The notes under the pieces are model-generated. The model saw only the letters and a program-made list of their open reading frames with translations. It made no database searches and had not been told where the DNA came from. Below, piece by piece: positions 36,033 to 46,076 of a DNA stretch of 64,000 nt. Within the stretch, counting starts at the first letter, position 1. The number at the start of each line of letters is the position of its first letter. The stretch is from a virus (taxonomy: Duplodnaviria > Caudoviricetes): IMG/VR virus record IMGVR_UViG_3300037851_000284, positions 64,001 through 128,000 of that record; one strand, written 5' to 3'. A program made the translations under genes and the position numbers.

Positions 36033-37023
36033 TAATGACTTATTTTTTATAAGTAATAGCTTTAATAAAGAACTACTAAGAAACAAAACTTTTCTTATAA
36101 CTGGCGGATACGGAACTTTATTAACGTATCTAGTTTGGGAATTATTATTTCTTAATAAGATGTACAAACTTAATATTAAGATAATATTACTATGTAATAA
36201 TGTACATAAAGCAGAAACTAGATATTGGCAATACAGGGGAGACGAATCATTAATATATATACTTGATAATTTAATGACTCCTATTAATATAACAGACAAT
36301 ATAGACTATATAATCCATGGAGCAGGTTATGCTAGTTCTAAGGCATTTATAAATAATCCTATAGAAACCATAACTCCCAACACCATTGGAACTTATAACC
36401 TACTTGAACTTGCAAGAAAGAAACAAGTTAAAACTTTCATGTATGTTAGTAGCGCTGCTGTATATGGACGCCCAGATAAAGAAATAGTAGACGAGAATTA
36501 CATGGGAAGAAACGATTTCACGGTAGTAGAAAACTGTTATCCTACGTCAAAACAAATGGGTGAAAATTTATGTCTAAGTTTTAACAGGACATATAATATT
36601 CCTATTAAAATAATAAGACCTTCTCACAATTATGGGATAACTTTAGACCTTAAGACTGATGATAGGTTGATGGCTAGATTTTTTGATTCTATAATACACA
36701 ATAAAGTATTTGAAATATCAGGAAGAGGAAGAGCAAAAAGGTCTATTATATACATAGCTGATACTATGGCCGCCATATTTCTAATATTAATTAAAGGCCA
36801 AGATAATATATATAATATATCAGATACTACTAATTATATTAATATAAATCAACTAATAAAAAGATCAAAACAGAAAATTACAACCAAATTTGTTAATGAT
36901 AAAGAGAAGCATAATAACTTCTTAGCATATCCAAGAAACTTATTTAAATTAGGTTGGTCTTGTAAATATAATCTAACTCATACTATAGACTTTGTTCGTA
37001 GAGAATTATCATGCTTCACTTAA
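36025..37023 (+). CDS. NAD-dependent epimerase/dehydratase (UDP-glucuronate decarboxylase-like)
   Basis: ITGGYGTL; HGAGYAS; VSSAAVYG; CYPTSKQMGE (YxxxK); RPSHNYG. Confidence 0.88.
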   Translation: MIDNDLFFISNSFNKELLRNKTFLITGGYGTLLTYLVWELLFLNKMYKLNIKIILLCNNVHKAETRYWQYRGDESLIYILDNLMTPINITDNIDYIIHGAGYASSKAFINNPIETITPNTIGTYNLLELARKKQVKTFMYVSSAAVYGRPDKEIVDENYMGRNDFTVVENCYPTSKQMGENLCLSFNRTYNIPIKIIRPSHNYGITLDLKTDDRLMARFFDSIIHNKVFEISGRGRAKRSIIYIADTMAAIFLILIKGQDNIYNISDTTNYININQLIKRSKQKITTKFVNDKEKHNNFLAYPRNLFKLGWSCKYNLTHTIDFVRRELSCFT

Positions 37024-37688
37024 TGACATATTTTAATAAAGAATTCTTAGGTATAGCACAAGAGTTTTTACTACCGAGCATACCTAAAGAATTCAATACA
37101 ATAGATATAACCTATACGACTCTAGAGGATGTATCCAATCTAAACAAAAAGGGAATGATAACGCGCCTAGAGGCTGGTAGAGATAAGATATTAGCTTATC
37201 GAAACAAATATCTAATGTTTGTTGATGCGGACGTAATTTTCTATAAGAATTTCAGCTCTGAAAAGGCAATAAGCTTATTGAAAAATCACGACTTATTATT
37301 TCAGTTAAATGGCGAATGGCCTTATAATACGGGAATCTGGTTAGCAAGGTGTACAGAAGATGTTTATTGGTTTTTTAATAGATGGATAGACGAAATTAGA
37401 AAACAAGATACTGTAAACATCTTTAATTCAGACCAAGCGTTCTTAAATAAAATGTTAAAAGAGCAAAAAGCGATCAGACACACACATCTTCCAGTACAAT
37501 ATAGCGCAAGTCATATGGATAACATATACTTAAGCTATCAAACTATAGGACAGCCTAGGCCTAGTACTAAAGAATTTGGGATGTATAAGTACATACCACA
37601 AGATACTATTCTATTTCATGCTACAGGAGCATACAGCATAGAAGAGAAAAAACACGTTTTAACTTGGGCAAGGGAGCAATTAAAATGA
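37011..37688 (+). CDS. nucleotide-diphospho-sugar transferase (GT-A)
   Basis: FVDADVIF; NTGIWL; DQAFLN; FHATG. Confidence 0.8.
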   Translation: MLHLMTYFNKEFLGIAQEFLLPSIPKEFNTIDITYTTLEDVSNLNKKGMITRLEAGRDKILAYRNKYLMFVDADVIFYKNFSSEKAISLLKNHDLLFQLNGEWPYNTGIWLARCTEDVYWFFNRWIDEIRKQDTVNIFNSDQAFLNKMLKEQKAIRHTHLPVQYSASHMDNIYLSYQTIGQPRPSTKEFGMYKYIPQDTILFHATGAYSIEEKKHVLTWAREQLK

Positions 37689-38536
37689 TATATTTAATGA
37701 CTAGTTCGTTTAAGCAGCCAGTTTGGGTAGATACCCAGATGAGATATCTACAAAAATATACAAAACCGGAAGACTATACAGTAGTTCTAGGAACTTATAT
37801 GTGGGACGAAAACATAAAAAGAGAGTTCCCTAGTAACTATAAGATAATTAATATGAATAATGTCCCTAATGAACACTATCTGCAGATGATGTATTTATAT
37901 GATAAAGTAACTAAAGACATAGCTCAACCCAATGATATAGTAGCATTTCTGGATGGTGATGCTTTTCCAATATGTGCTGGGTGGGTGGATAAGCTTAAAA
38001 AATATATGTCAGAATACAATATGGCTTGTATATATAGATACGAAGATAGAGGATATCAAGATGTAGATGGATATTGGCCAGCTCCTCATTTAAGTTTCTC
38101 GGCATTTAATAAAAGAATTAAAGACATTTATGACTTAAGATGGGAACTTACAGGAGACCACTTTGCTCATACTATCGTAGATAAAATAAGGAACAACGGA
38201 CTAAAAGTTAAAGAGCTAAAAAGAACCAATGTTTATAATGCTCATAATGTAATGTTTGGAGTATATGACGACATGATTTATCATAACGGTAGTGGAACTA
38301 GAGGTCTATTAGGACGACCTATAGCAGCCTATCACGGAGCACCACTTAATTTAACAAGACAGGCATATGAAGGTTCTGACCTAACCCACAGAATGAGACT
38401 ATGGCAAGGAAGAGAATGGGAAGAAGCTTGTGTTGATATAATAAAAATAAACGTAGGAATATTCGATGTCATAACTAATGCTATCAAAGAAGACAAAGAT
38501 TGTAATATTATAAGCAGATATTTTCTTGGAAAATAA
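37664..38536 (+). CDS. GT-A-like hypothetical protein
   Basis: VAFLDGDAFP (DxD); IYHNGSG; position in the glycosylation cluster. Confidence 0.55.
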   Translation: MGKGAIKMIYLMTSSFKQPVWVDTQMRYLQKYTKPEDYTVVLGTYMWDENIKREFPSNYKIINMNNVPNEHYLQMMYLYDKVTKDIAQPNDIVAFLDGDAFPICAGWVDKLKKYMSEYNMACIYRYEDRGYQDVDGYWPAPHLSFSAFNKRIKDIYDLRWELTGDHFAHTIVDKIRNNGLKVKELKRTNVYNAHNVMFGVYDDMIYHNGSGTRGLLGRPIAAYHGAPLNLTRQAYEGSDLTHRMRLWQGREWEEACVDIIKINVGIFDVITNAIKEDKDCNIISRYFLGK

Positions 38537-40697
38537 TATGTTTGATGTTGTTTTCGTAAGACCTCCAAACCCATTAGAATTAAACCCATCTAAAAGACAG
38601 GGCATCACAAGGTGCCCTCTTAACCTCGCTTTACTTTCCTCTTATATAAGAACTAATAGCAAACTAACATGTACTATAGTTGATTTCGAAATAACTGACG
38701 CTATAAATGCCAGATATATGGCAGAAACTATATTGTCTAATAACCCAAAATATGTATGTTTTACCACCCTTACTCCAAGATTTCCTACAGTAGTTCGTAC
38801 AATTGAATGGATTTATAATCTAAAGCCTAAAGTTATAAATATAATAGGAGGCCCCCATGTAACGGGATCGCCCTATAACTCTATAAATTATAAAGGAATA
38901 TCTTATGCCATAACTGGAGAAGGAGAAGAAGCATTATTAGAATTATTATTAGCACTTGAGGAAAACAAAGACGTTTCTAATATAAAAAACTTGTTATATA
39001 AAAAAGATAATATGATAAAGACTAATGAACAAAGACCATTTATAAAAAATTTAGATAGTCTACCATTACCCGCATGGGACCTAATGGACATTAGTAAGTA
39101 TCTAGACCCTCAGTGTTTTAATGGTCCACATATGGCAGTATTTACCTCAAGAGGATGCCCTTATTCGTGTCTTCGAGGAGATACAATTATACATACTATA
39201 GATGGTGATTTTCCTATAAAAGAACTTATAGGAAAAGATATAAAAGTATTAACAAGAGACCCAATAACACAAGAACCAATTTATGCTCAATCTTCAAATA
39301 TAGGAATTTATGGAAAAAATAAAAAACTATTGAGAATTCATTTTAATGATGGGACTCATATAGATTGTACACCAGACCATAAATTTATGGTATTTAAAGC
39401 AAAAAATCAATACACAAAAGAAAGAGAATGGGAAGTAGAAGCAAAAGATTTAAAACCTAAACAAAGTGTTAGAGCTGTTCGTTTTGAAACTACGGCACAA
39501 GGATATATTAACTTATCAACCAGAAGAAATATAAATAGAAAACGTTCTCATATTGTAATAGAATCAGTTGAAAATTGTAAAATATTAAATGATGAACAAG
39601 TGCATCATATTGATAGAAATAAAAGTAATGATACACCATCTAATCTATTAAGAGTAAAAAGAGAAAAACATATATCTATATATCATCCAGAAGTGTCAAA
39701 ACGAATGAAAATAAACAATCCTATTTGGAATAAAACCCACGAACAAAGAGTTAAACATTCAAAATTAATTACAACAGGTAAAAAAAGAAGTCCGGAATCA
39801 AAAGAACGTTACAGACTATCAAAATTAGGACAAAAAAACCCAAATTTTGGAAAACACTCTTGGAATTATAAAGGATTAAAAAACCAAGGAAACGAAGTAA
39901 ATCATAAAATAGATTTTATAGAATATTTAAAAGAAAAAGAAGATGTTTATTGCATGAGTGTTCCTGGATATGATTGGTTTTATGCAAATAAAGTATTAGT
40001 ACATAATTGTAAGTTTTGTGCTTCTGCTGTAACCTGGAACCATAAGGTAAGATTTAGATCTCCAGATAGTGTATTAAAAGAATTATCCTATATAGTTAAT
40101 AACTTAGGCATAAATAATATAATGTTCCATGACGACAGCTTCGCTGCCAATAGAAAAAGAGCTATAGAAATATGCTCAAAAATTATAGATGCTAAGTTAA
40201 ATATAAATTATACGGTACAGATAAGAGCTGATAACATAAATAACGAGTTACTAGACGTATTAAAACGCTCAGGTTGTAAGTTTATAGCTATTGGAGTAGA
40301 GAGCGGAAATGAAAAAATTCTTAAATCTTTAGGTAAAAAAGAAACTAAAGAACAAATTATCAATGCTATCAAACTAATAAAAAAGTATAATATTAAAAGT
40401 GTAGCAAGTTATGTAATAGGATTCCCCGAAGATACCCATGAAACAATAAAAGAAACAATAGACTTTGCTGAACAATTAAAAGCCGACCAGTCTAAATTTA
40501 TGATACTATCAGCTTATCCAGGAACATATTATTATACACATGCAAAAATATTAGGCCTCATAAACGAATACAGTTTTGATCAGATGGAAGAAACCACATT
40601 TTATGACCACGTATCTATAAACTTATCACAAGTATCGAGTAAAGACTTGTTAAAATATCAAGATGAAGCATACATGCGTCTAGAAGGTAGTAATTAA
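38526..40697 (+). CDS. cobalamin-binding radical SAM enzyme (class B methylase-like), intein-interrupted (443 aa after splicing)
   Basis: PLNLALL; IGGPHVT; GEGEE; spliced TSRGCPYS|CKFC; FHDDSF; GVESGN; YVIGFP.DT; AYPGT. Confidence 0.92.
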   Translation: MENNMFDVVFVRPPNPLELNPSKRQGITRCPLNLALLSSYIRTNSKLTCTIVDFEITDAINARYMAETILSNNPKYVCFTTLTPRFPTVVRTIEWIYNLKPKVINIIGGPHVTGSPYNSINYKGISYAITGEGEEALLELLLALEENKDVSNIKNLLYKKDNMIKTNEQRPFIKNLDSLPLPAWDLMDISKYLDPQCFNGPHMAVFTSRGCPYSCLRGDTIIHTIDGDFPIKELIGKDIKVLTRDPITQEPIYAQSSNIGIYGKNKKLLRIHFNDGTHIDCTPDHKFMVFKAKNQYTKEREWEVEAKDLKPKQSVRAVRFETTAQGYINLSTRRNINRKRSHIVIESVENCKILNDEQVHHIDRNKSNDTPSNLLRVKREKHISIYHPEVSKRMKINNPIWNKTHEQRVKHSKLITTGKKRSPESKERYRLSKLGQKNPNFGKHSWNYKGLKNQGNEVNHKIDFIEYLKEKEDVYCMSVPGYDWFYANKVLVHNCKFCASAVTWNHKVRFRSPDSVLKELSYIVNNLGINNIMFHDDSFAANRKRAIEICSKIIDAKLNINYTVQIRADNINNELLDVLKRSGCKFIAIGVESGNEKILKSLGKKETKEQIINAIKLIKKYNIKSVASYVIGFPEDTHETIKETIDFAEQLKADQSKFMILSAYPGTYYYTHAKILGLINEYSFDQMEETTFYDHVSINLSQVSSKDLLKYQDEAYMRLEGSN
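39168..40007 (+). mobile_element. intein (280 aa) carrying an HNH endonuclease and NUMOD3-like motif
   Basis: Starts CLRGDTIIHT; block B CTPDHKF; HHIDRNKSND..SNL (HNH); KRSPESKERYRLSKLGQKNPNFGK; ends DVYCMSV...NKVLVHN followed by +1 Cys. Confidence 0.93.
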
Positions 40698-41452
40698 TGG
40701 AAGATTTAGCAATAGTAGTTAATACTAATTCTAACTATGAAGATTTATGGTTAATGTTTTATAATGAGTTATATGAACATTTTCCTAATCATCCTAAAGT
40801 ATATACTTTTGTTGATAAGCCGGACGATATTAAATTTTCTGGATATATCAGTGTGTTTTCTGGACACACTATATATTATGATAAAAATCAATGTTTTAGA
40901 GACCAGTATTTATCTTGTATTAAACAAGTTCCAGAGAAATATTGTATAACTATGAACGAAGATTATATCTTATATAAAGATGTTGACTTTGACCGCGTAA
41001 AGTATTATATTAATATATTAGAGAGCACAGAATACAGCTTTATAAGATTCACTTCAACCGACGAAAACCATCAATTCGAATACAGTTCAGGACTTTATCA
41101 TATACCTTTTTATAGTAACAACTTATATTCGCAAACAGCATCAATATGGAAAACAAGAGTATTAGAACGTATACACGAAAAGGGTCCTCAGCTACATATA
41201 GCATCTAGAGGTGAAAAAGAGGGACACTTTGAAGAAGCAGCCAATCAAATATGTATGTATTTGGGTATAGAAGGACTATGTCATTGGTGTAAAGAGCCTA
41301 AGAGAGGACAAGCACATTATGACAATAATGTAGTGCCCTATGTGGCATCTGCTTTGGTCAAAGGCAAATGGAACTTATTAGAATACAAAAAAGAATTAGA
41401 ACCACTACTAGAAAAATATATCATTAACCCTTATCTAAGGGGAATTTTTTGA
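40697..41452 (+). CDS. GT-A-like hypothetical protein
   Basis: NTNSNYEDLW; TMNEDYIL; QTASIWK; ALVKGKW. Confidence 0.5.
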   Translation: MEDLAIVVNTNSNYEDLWLMFYNELYEHFPNHPKVYTFVDKPDDIKFSGYISVFSGHTIYYDKNQCFRDQYLSCIKQVPEKYCITMNEDYILYKDVDFDRVKYYINILESTEYSFIRFTSTDENHQFEYSSGLYHIPFYSNNLYSQTASIWKTRVLERIHEKGPQLHIASRGEKEGHFEEAANQICMYLGIEGLCHWCKEPKRGQAHYDNNVVPYVASALVKGKWNLLEYKKELEPLLEKYIINPYLRGIF

Positions 41453-42387
41453 GAGTTTATAGCAATTTAAGTGGAGATACTGGTGATGGTATTTCTTATC
41501 AGCTAAAGTTAGAAAAGTTTGACGATAAGATAGATGATGGTACCTTATTCTATGGTATTGATACCACCTTTGATAGAATTGCTCATGAGAAATATAAAGA
41601 CTATAACCGTAAGATTTTATTAAACTTATGGAGTCCTTGCGAATTTACCGTACCGCCTAATCCAGCCGGAACAGCCTTTCAACAAGTTGATTATTTTAAT
41701 GAGATATATACAGTTTGTCCGTTTACTGCGAGATGGTTACGAGAAGAACTAGACAACGGAGATAATAGACACAAATTTATATGGCACCCTTTCGATTCTA
41801 GTTATATACCAAATGATAAAATAAAACCTTATGACGTTTGTTACTTCGGAGGTCTTCATGGACCAGTACACTATGATTGTATTAAGCAAATAAGAAGATT
41901 TAATTACAGATTTCTTTCCCAACAATCATATCCAGAAGTAACAAATTTTAATGTTGATTACCGTTCCAAAATGGATATAATAGCTAAAACTAAAATATCT
42001 GTATGTTATCATCAAATTCCTCTAAGGGAAGATCATAAACAGTGTATAAAGTCTTATCCGTCATGGCAAAAAAATAAAGCATTTTCTCACATAGATATAT
42101 TAAATACTCTACCTCAATTTAAAGCTAGAATGCATGAAGCGGCCTTGTGTAAAACGTTAAATCTTGTCCAAAGAGACCCTTGGAATGTTGTAGAATATTT
42201 TTATGAACCAAATGTAGATTTTATTTATTTTAATAACAACGAAGAACTTCCATACTTAATAAATAATATACTAAAAACTTGGGAATATTATCAACCAATG
42301 ATTGAATCAGCATTTAACAAATGTTTAAATTACAACGCGTTAGCAACTTATACTTTTATAAAAGATAAGAAAGAAGTATGCATATAA
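41449..42387 (+). CDS. GT-B C-terminal (CgeB/Glyco_trans_1_2-like) protein
   Basis: YDVCYFGG; KARMHEAALCK..LV......FYEPNVDFIYF; TTG start. Confidence 0.6.
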   Translation: MRVYSNLSGDTGDGISYQLKLEKFDDKIDDGTLFYGIDTTFDRIAHEKYKDYNRKILLNLWSPCEFTVPPNPAGTAFQQVDYFNEIYTVCPFTARWLREELDNGDNRHKFIWHPFDSSYIPNDKIKPYDVCYFGGLHGPVHYDCIKQIRRFNYRFLSQQSYPEVTNFNVDYRSKMDIIAKTKISVCYHQIPLREDHKQCIKSYPSWQKNKAFSHIDILNTLPQFKARMHEAALCKTLNLVQRDPWNVVEYFYEPNVDFIYFNNNEELPYLINNILKTWEYYQPMIESAFNKCLNYNALATYTFIKDKKEVCI

Positions 42388-43121
42388 ATATACCAGATTA
42401 TATTAAACAGATTCGTATAGATGTCGGTTTAGCTGGAGAGGCACCAAACTCGGCACTATGGTTAAGCGAAACAACAGATAGGTTTGTAATAGGAATAGAA
42501 CCATTAGAAAGACACTGGAAAGATTTACATAGTTATACTCAAACAGATAGACCATATCCAAATTTTAAGATGTTACAATTAGATAGGGATGCTGTAACGT
42601 TAAATAATGAAGTAGTTTGTAAAATAGATGGAAGATTTCTAGAACTACACGCTGCTATAGATAATATACCAGAACCTCAATTAAGGTCATTCTATGAAAT
42701 AGAACAAAAAGGAGGATCTTCCGGTAGTTCCAGTCTATTAAGACCAACACCTGAACATCCATATAAGGTAGAAAAGATAATATCAGTAGAAACATTCAGT
42801 CTAGAGGATTTATTGAATAAAATAGACTGGAATAGGTTTAAATATATAGAACATATTAAAACAGATTGTGAAGGAAAAGACTTTGATGCTGTAGTAAGCA
42901 TAGGAAAGTATCTAGATAATATAGTCTTTATAAGTAGTGAGGCCACATCTAATGGTCAATATTGGTATGGTTCACAAAGCAATTTAGCATTTGAAAATTA
43001 TATGATTAATAGAGGGTTTCAAATAATAGGCCGAGGAAACGGAAACCTAGATTTTGTTAATCCAAAATTTAATGATATTATAATAAGAGATAAGCTAACT
43101 AATCATACTTTCGGAGCATAA
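42378..43121 (+). CDS. FkbM-like methyltransferase
   Basis: IDVGLA; IGIEP; GSSSLL; VETFSLED; HIKTDCEGKDF. Confidence 0.75.
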   Translation: MHINIPDYIKQIRIDVGLAGEAPNSALWLSETTDRFVIGIEPLERHWKDLHSYTQTDRPYPNFKMLQLDRDAVTLNNEVVCKIDGRFLELHAAIDNIPEPQLRSFYEIEQKGGSSGSSSLLRPTPEHPYKVEKIISVETFSLEDLLNKIDWNRFKYIEHIKTDCEGKDFDAVVSIGKYLDNIVFISSEATSNGQYWYGSQSNLAFENYMINRGFQIIGRGNGNLDFVNPKFNDIIIRDKLTNHTFGA

Positions 43122-43122
43122 A

Positions 43123-43770
43123 ATGGATTTTATAAAGGTAGTAGTTGAAAGGGAACATCCACTAGAGTCTCCTGATTTTATAGACCCAGATGGATGTATC
43201 AATGATAATAATAACAATAATGGGTTTCTAGAACAGTTAAACTTATTAATGTTAAATCAACCTTATTCTCTATTAGATTTGGGTTGCGCTGGAGGAAAAC
43301 TAGTAGTAGATGCTTATAACCAAGGAAAAACAGCAGTTGGTCTAGAAGGAGGAAACGAAGAAGCAATCTTAACAAGAGGAGCAGGAAGACAAAATTGGAT
43401 TAACTACAAGAATAAATGTTTATTCTTTGCTGATATATCAAAAAACGTAGATATTTCAGATATAAATAATAATATATACAAATTTGATATTATAACAGCT
43501 TGGGATTTTTTAGAACACCCCGCTCCAGAAGAAATACCCTTTGTTATAGATAATATAAAGAAACATCTAAAAGATACTGGTATGTTTATTGGAACCATTA
43601 ATCCGAGCGAAGGATACAAACACCGCTGTGCGCGAGACAAAAAATGGTGGAATGAAACATTTAAATCTAAAGGGTTTAAGGTTTGTAGTTATCCTTTAAC
43701 AGTAACACCAAGGCCGTATGTAGGGTTTAACGGAATTGATTATGCTGCGTGTTTTAGATTGGAGAACTAA
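43123..43770 (+). CDS. class I SAM-dependent methyltransferase
   Basis: LLDLGCAGG; GLEG; FDIITAWDFLEH; W..WW. Confidence 0.85.
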   Translation: MDFIKVVVEREHPLESPDFIDPDGCINDNNNNNGFLEQLNLLMLNQPYSLLDLGCAGGKLVVDAYNQGKTAVGLEGGNEEAILTRGAGRQNWINYKNKCLFFADISKNVDISDINNNIYKFDIITAWDFLEHPAPEEIPFVIDNIKKHLKDTGMFIGTINPSEGYKHRCARDKKWWNETFKSKGFKVCSYPLTVTPRPYVGFNGIDYAACFRLEN

Positions 43771-45005
43771 TGAAATTAACAAGCGACCCTAGGTGGAGTC
43801 CTAGCTGTAGAAATTGCAACAATCATCCATTAGTTCCTATTTTAGATTTAGGTATGCAAGGATGGTGTAATGATTTTATTACAAATGAACAAATTGGAAA
43901 AGAACCTACCTATAGCTTAAAATTAAACTACTGTAAGGAATGCGATATGTTACAATTGACAACTACAGTTCCAAAAGAAAGGATGTTTAAGCATCACGAT
44001 TATCTATCTGGAACAACAAAAACTCTAAGAGAGCATTTTTATAATATAGCCAAGGAGAATATAGACCAATTTAAATTATCAGGTAAGGACATAGTTCTGG
44101 ATATAGGTGGTAATGATGGAACTCAGTTGGCCCAATATAAAATACTCGGATTGAGTAATTTAATAAACGTAGAATCAGCAGATAACATAGCAAAACTTTC
44201 CAGTGCCGCAGGAATATATACTATAAATGATTTTTTTAATGATAAGTTAGCATACAATAACTTTAATCCAGGAGAAATACAGTTAATAAATGCAGCAGGA
44301 GTATTCTTCCATCTCGAAGAACTACACAGTGTTATAAGAGCTATAAAATATTTACTGGCTAGGAATGGGATATTCGTAGTACAATTTATGTATGCTGGTA
44401 TGATGATTGAAAAAGGCACTTACGACATGATTTATCACGAACATTTATTATATTATACACTACACAGTCTAGAAAATCTATTAAACCCATACGGTTTAAA
44501 GGTTTTCGACGCTTATGAATCAGATATACATAGTGGTAGTGTAATAGCAAAACTTTGTCACTCTAGCGCAAATATGGAACCAACAAAAAGATATTTAAAT
44601 TTAAAAGAAAAGGATAAAGAATATACTTTTGAAAAGTTCAAGAAGTTTGGACAAAAGATTGTTTCTGATAGATATAGATTAAGAAAATTTATAAAGGATT
44701 TAAAGGGAGAATCTAAAAAGATTTATGGGTATGGTGCTCCAGCTAAAGGAAATACTTTACTAACATATGAAAAAATTGATAATAAGCTATTAGATAAGTT
44801 AGTAGAGATAAATCCGCTGAAAATAGGAAAATATACTCCGGTAACACATATCCCAATAGTTCAGGAATCTAAAGAGGATTTACCAGATTATTATCTATTA
44901 TTAGCACATAATTTCGATAAAGAGATATTAGAAAAGAATAAAGAAATAACAGATAAAGGAGTAAAATTCATAGTTCCCTTCCCAACTCCAAGGATAATAC
45001 CATGA
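43770..45005 (+). CDS. NDP-hexose 3-C-methyltransferase-like protein
   Basis: CRNC...LDLG.Q; C..C.MLQL; LDIGGNDG; YDMIYHEHLLYY; YGYGAPAKGNTLL; LLAHNF..EI; FIVPFP. Confidence 0.9.
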   Translation: MKLTSDPRWSPSCRNCNNHPLVPILDLGMQGWCNDFITNEQIGKEPTYSLKLNYCKECDMLQLTTTVPKERMFKHHDYLSGTTKTLREHFYNIAKENIDQFKLSGKDIVLDIGGNDGTQLAQYKILGLSNLINVESADNIAKLSSAAGIYTINDFFNDKLAYNNFNPGEIQLINAAGVFFHLEELHSVIRAIKYLLARNGIFVVQFMYAGMMIEKGTYDMIYHEHLLYYTLHSLENLLNPYGLKVFDAYESDIHSGSVIAKLCHSSANMEPTKRYLNLKEKDKEYTFEKFKKFGQKIVSDRYRLRKFIKDLKGESKKIYGYGAPAKGNTLLTYEKIDNKLLDKLVEINPLKIGKYTPVTHIPIVQESKEDLPDYYLLLAHNFDKEILEKNKEITDKGVKFIVPFPTPRIIP

Positions 45006-45943
45006 GAAAAATATTAATAACAGGAGCCCTAGGTTTTATAGGATCAGTATTGGTAAAAAAGTTATTATTAGACGGTTACAATTCTATTACTGTTCTAGAT
45101 AATATTAAATATAGGCAGATCGGACCCATATATGATTACGACGACCCAGATATTACTTTTGTATACGGAGATGTAAGAGACACTAAACTATTAAAAACTC
45201 TTGTTACACATAATGATGTAATAATACCATTAGCAGCAATAGTAGGAGCTCCTGCTTGCGATATGTTTCCCGATGAGGCCACGGATGTTAACCATATACA
45301 AATAAAAAATATAGCAGAGTGGTTATCTAGAGAACAAATGTTAATTTATCCTAATAGTAATAGCGCTTATGGTACATCAAAGATTACAGTAACAGAAGAC
45401 AGTCCAAGAAGACCACTTAGTCATTATGCTAAAACTAAGTGTTTTGCTGAAGATGAAGTATTACATGGAGGAAATGGTGTAGTTTTAAGATTAGCTACAG
45501 TATTTGGACTTTCTCCTAGAATGCGCATGGATTTGTTAGTTAACGATTTCACCTATAAGGCTTATACTGATGGGTATTTAGTTTTGTTTGAATCAAGCTT
45601 CAAAAGAAATTATATACATATACAAGATGTGGCTAACACATTTATATTTATGATGGATAATTATAAGAAATGTAATAATAAAGCATTCAATGTTGGTTTA
45701 TCTAATGCTAATTTATCCAAACTTGAGTTAGCACAGGTTATTAAGAAATATCTACCAGAATTGGTAATAAAAGATGAAGAGTTTAAGAAAGACGTAGATA
45801 AGAGAAATTATATAGTATCTAATGAGCGTCTGGAATCCATGGGTTGGAAACCAACCAAGACTGTAGACGATGGTATTCAAGAACTACTTAAAGTTTGTCC
45901 AATTATAAAGGCCCATAACGATAGAAACTTTACCAATTTATAA
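45002..45943 (+). CDS. NAD-dependent epimerase/dehydratase
   Basis: ITGALGFIG; LAAIVGAPAC; YAKTK; LRLATVFG..PRMR.DLLVN. Confidence 0.9.
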   Translation: MRKILITGALGFIGSVLVKKLLLDGYNSITVLDNIKYRQIGPIYDYDDPDITFVYGDVRDTKLLKTLVTHNDVIIPLAAIVGAPACDMFPDEATDVNHIQIKNIAEWLSREQMLIYPNSNSAYGTSKITVTEDSPRRPLSHYAKTKCFAEDEVLHGGNGVVLRLATVFGLSPRMRMDLLVNDFTYKAYTDGYLVLFESSFKRNYIHIQDVANTFIFMMDNYKKCNNKAFNVGLSNANLSKLELAQVIKKYLPELVIKDEEFKKDVDKRNYIVSNERLESMGWKPTKTVDDGIQELLKVCPIIKAHNDRNFTNL

Positions 45944-46076
45944 GGAAACTAAATAAATTCTAATATAAAACATCCAATATGTTTTGGTGAACTTAAATAT
46001 ATAAAAAATAATACTTATATGCGCACAGTATATAATTTATTGAATAATCAGGAATTAAAAATGTAAGGATAGAAGA

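Noticed and set aside
45944-46076. Intergenic gap with an open frame lacking a start codon (INSNIKHPICFGELKY...)
   Set aside because: No start or SD, no clear hairpin or promoter motif; at most a gene remnant.
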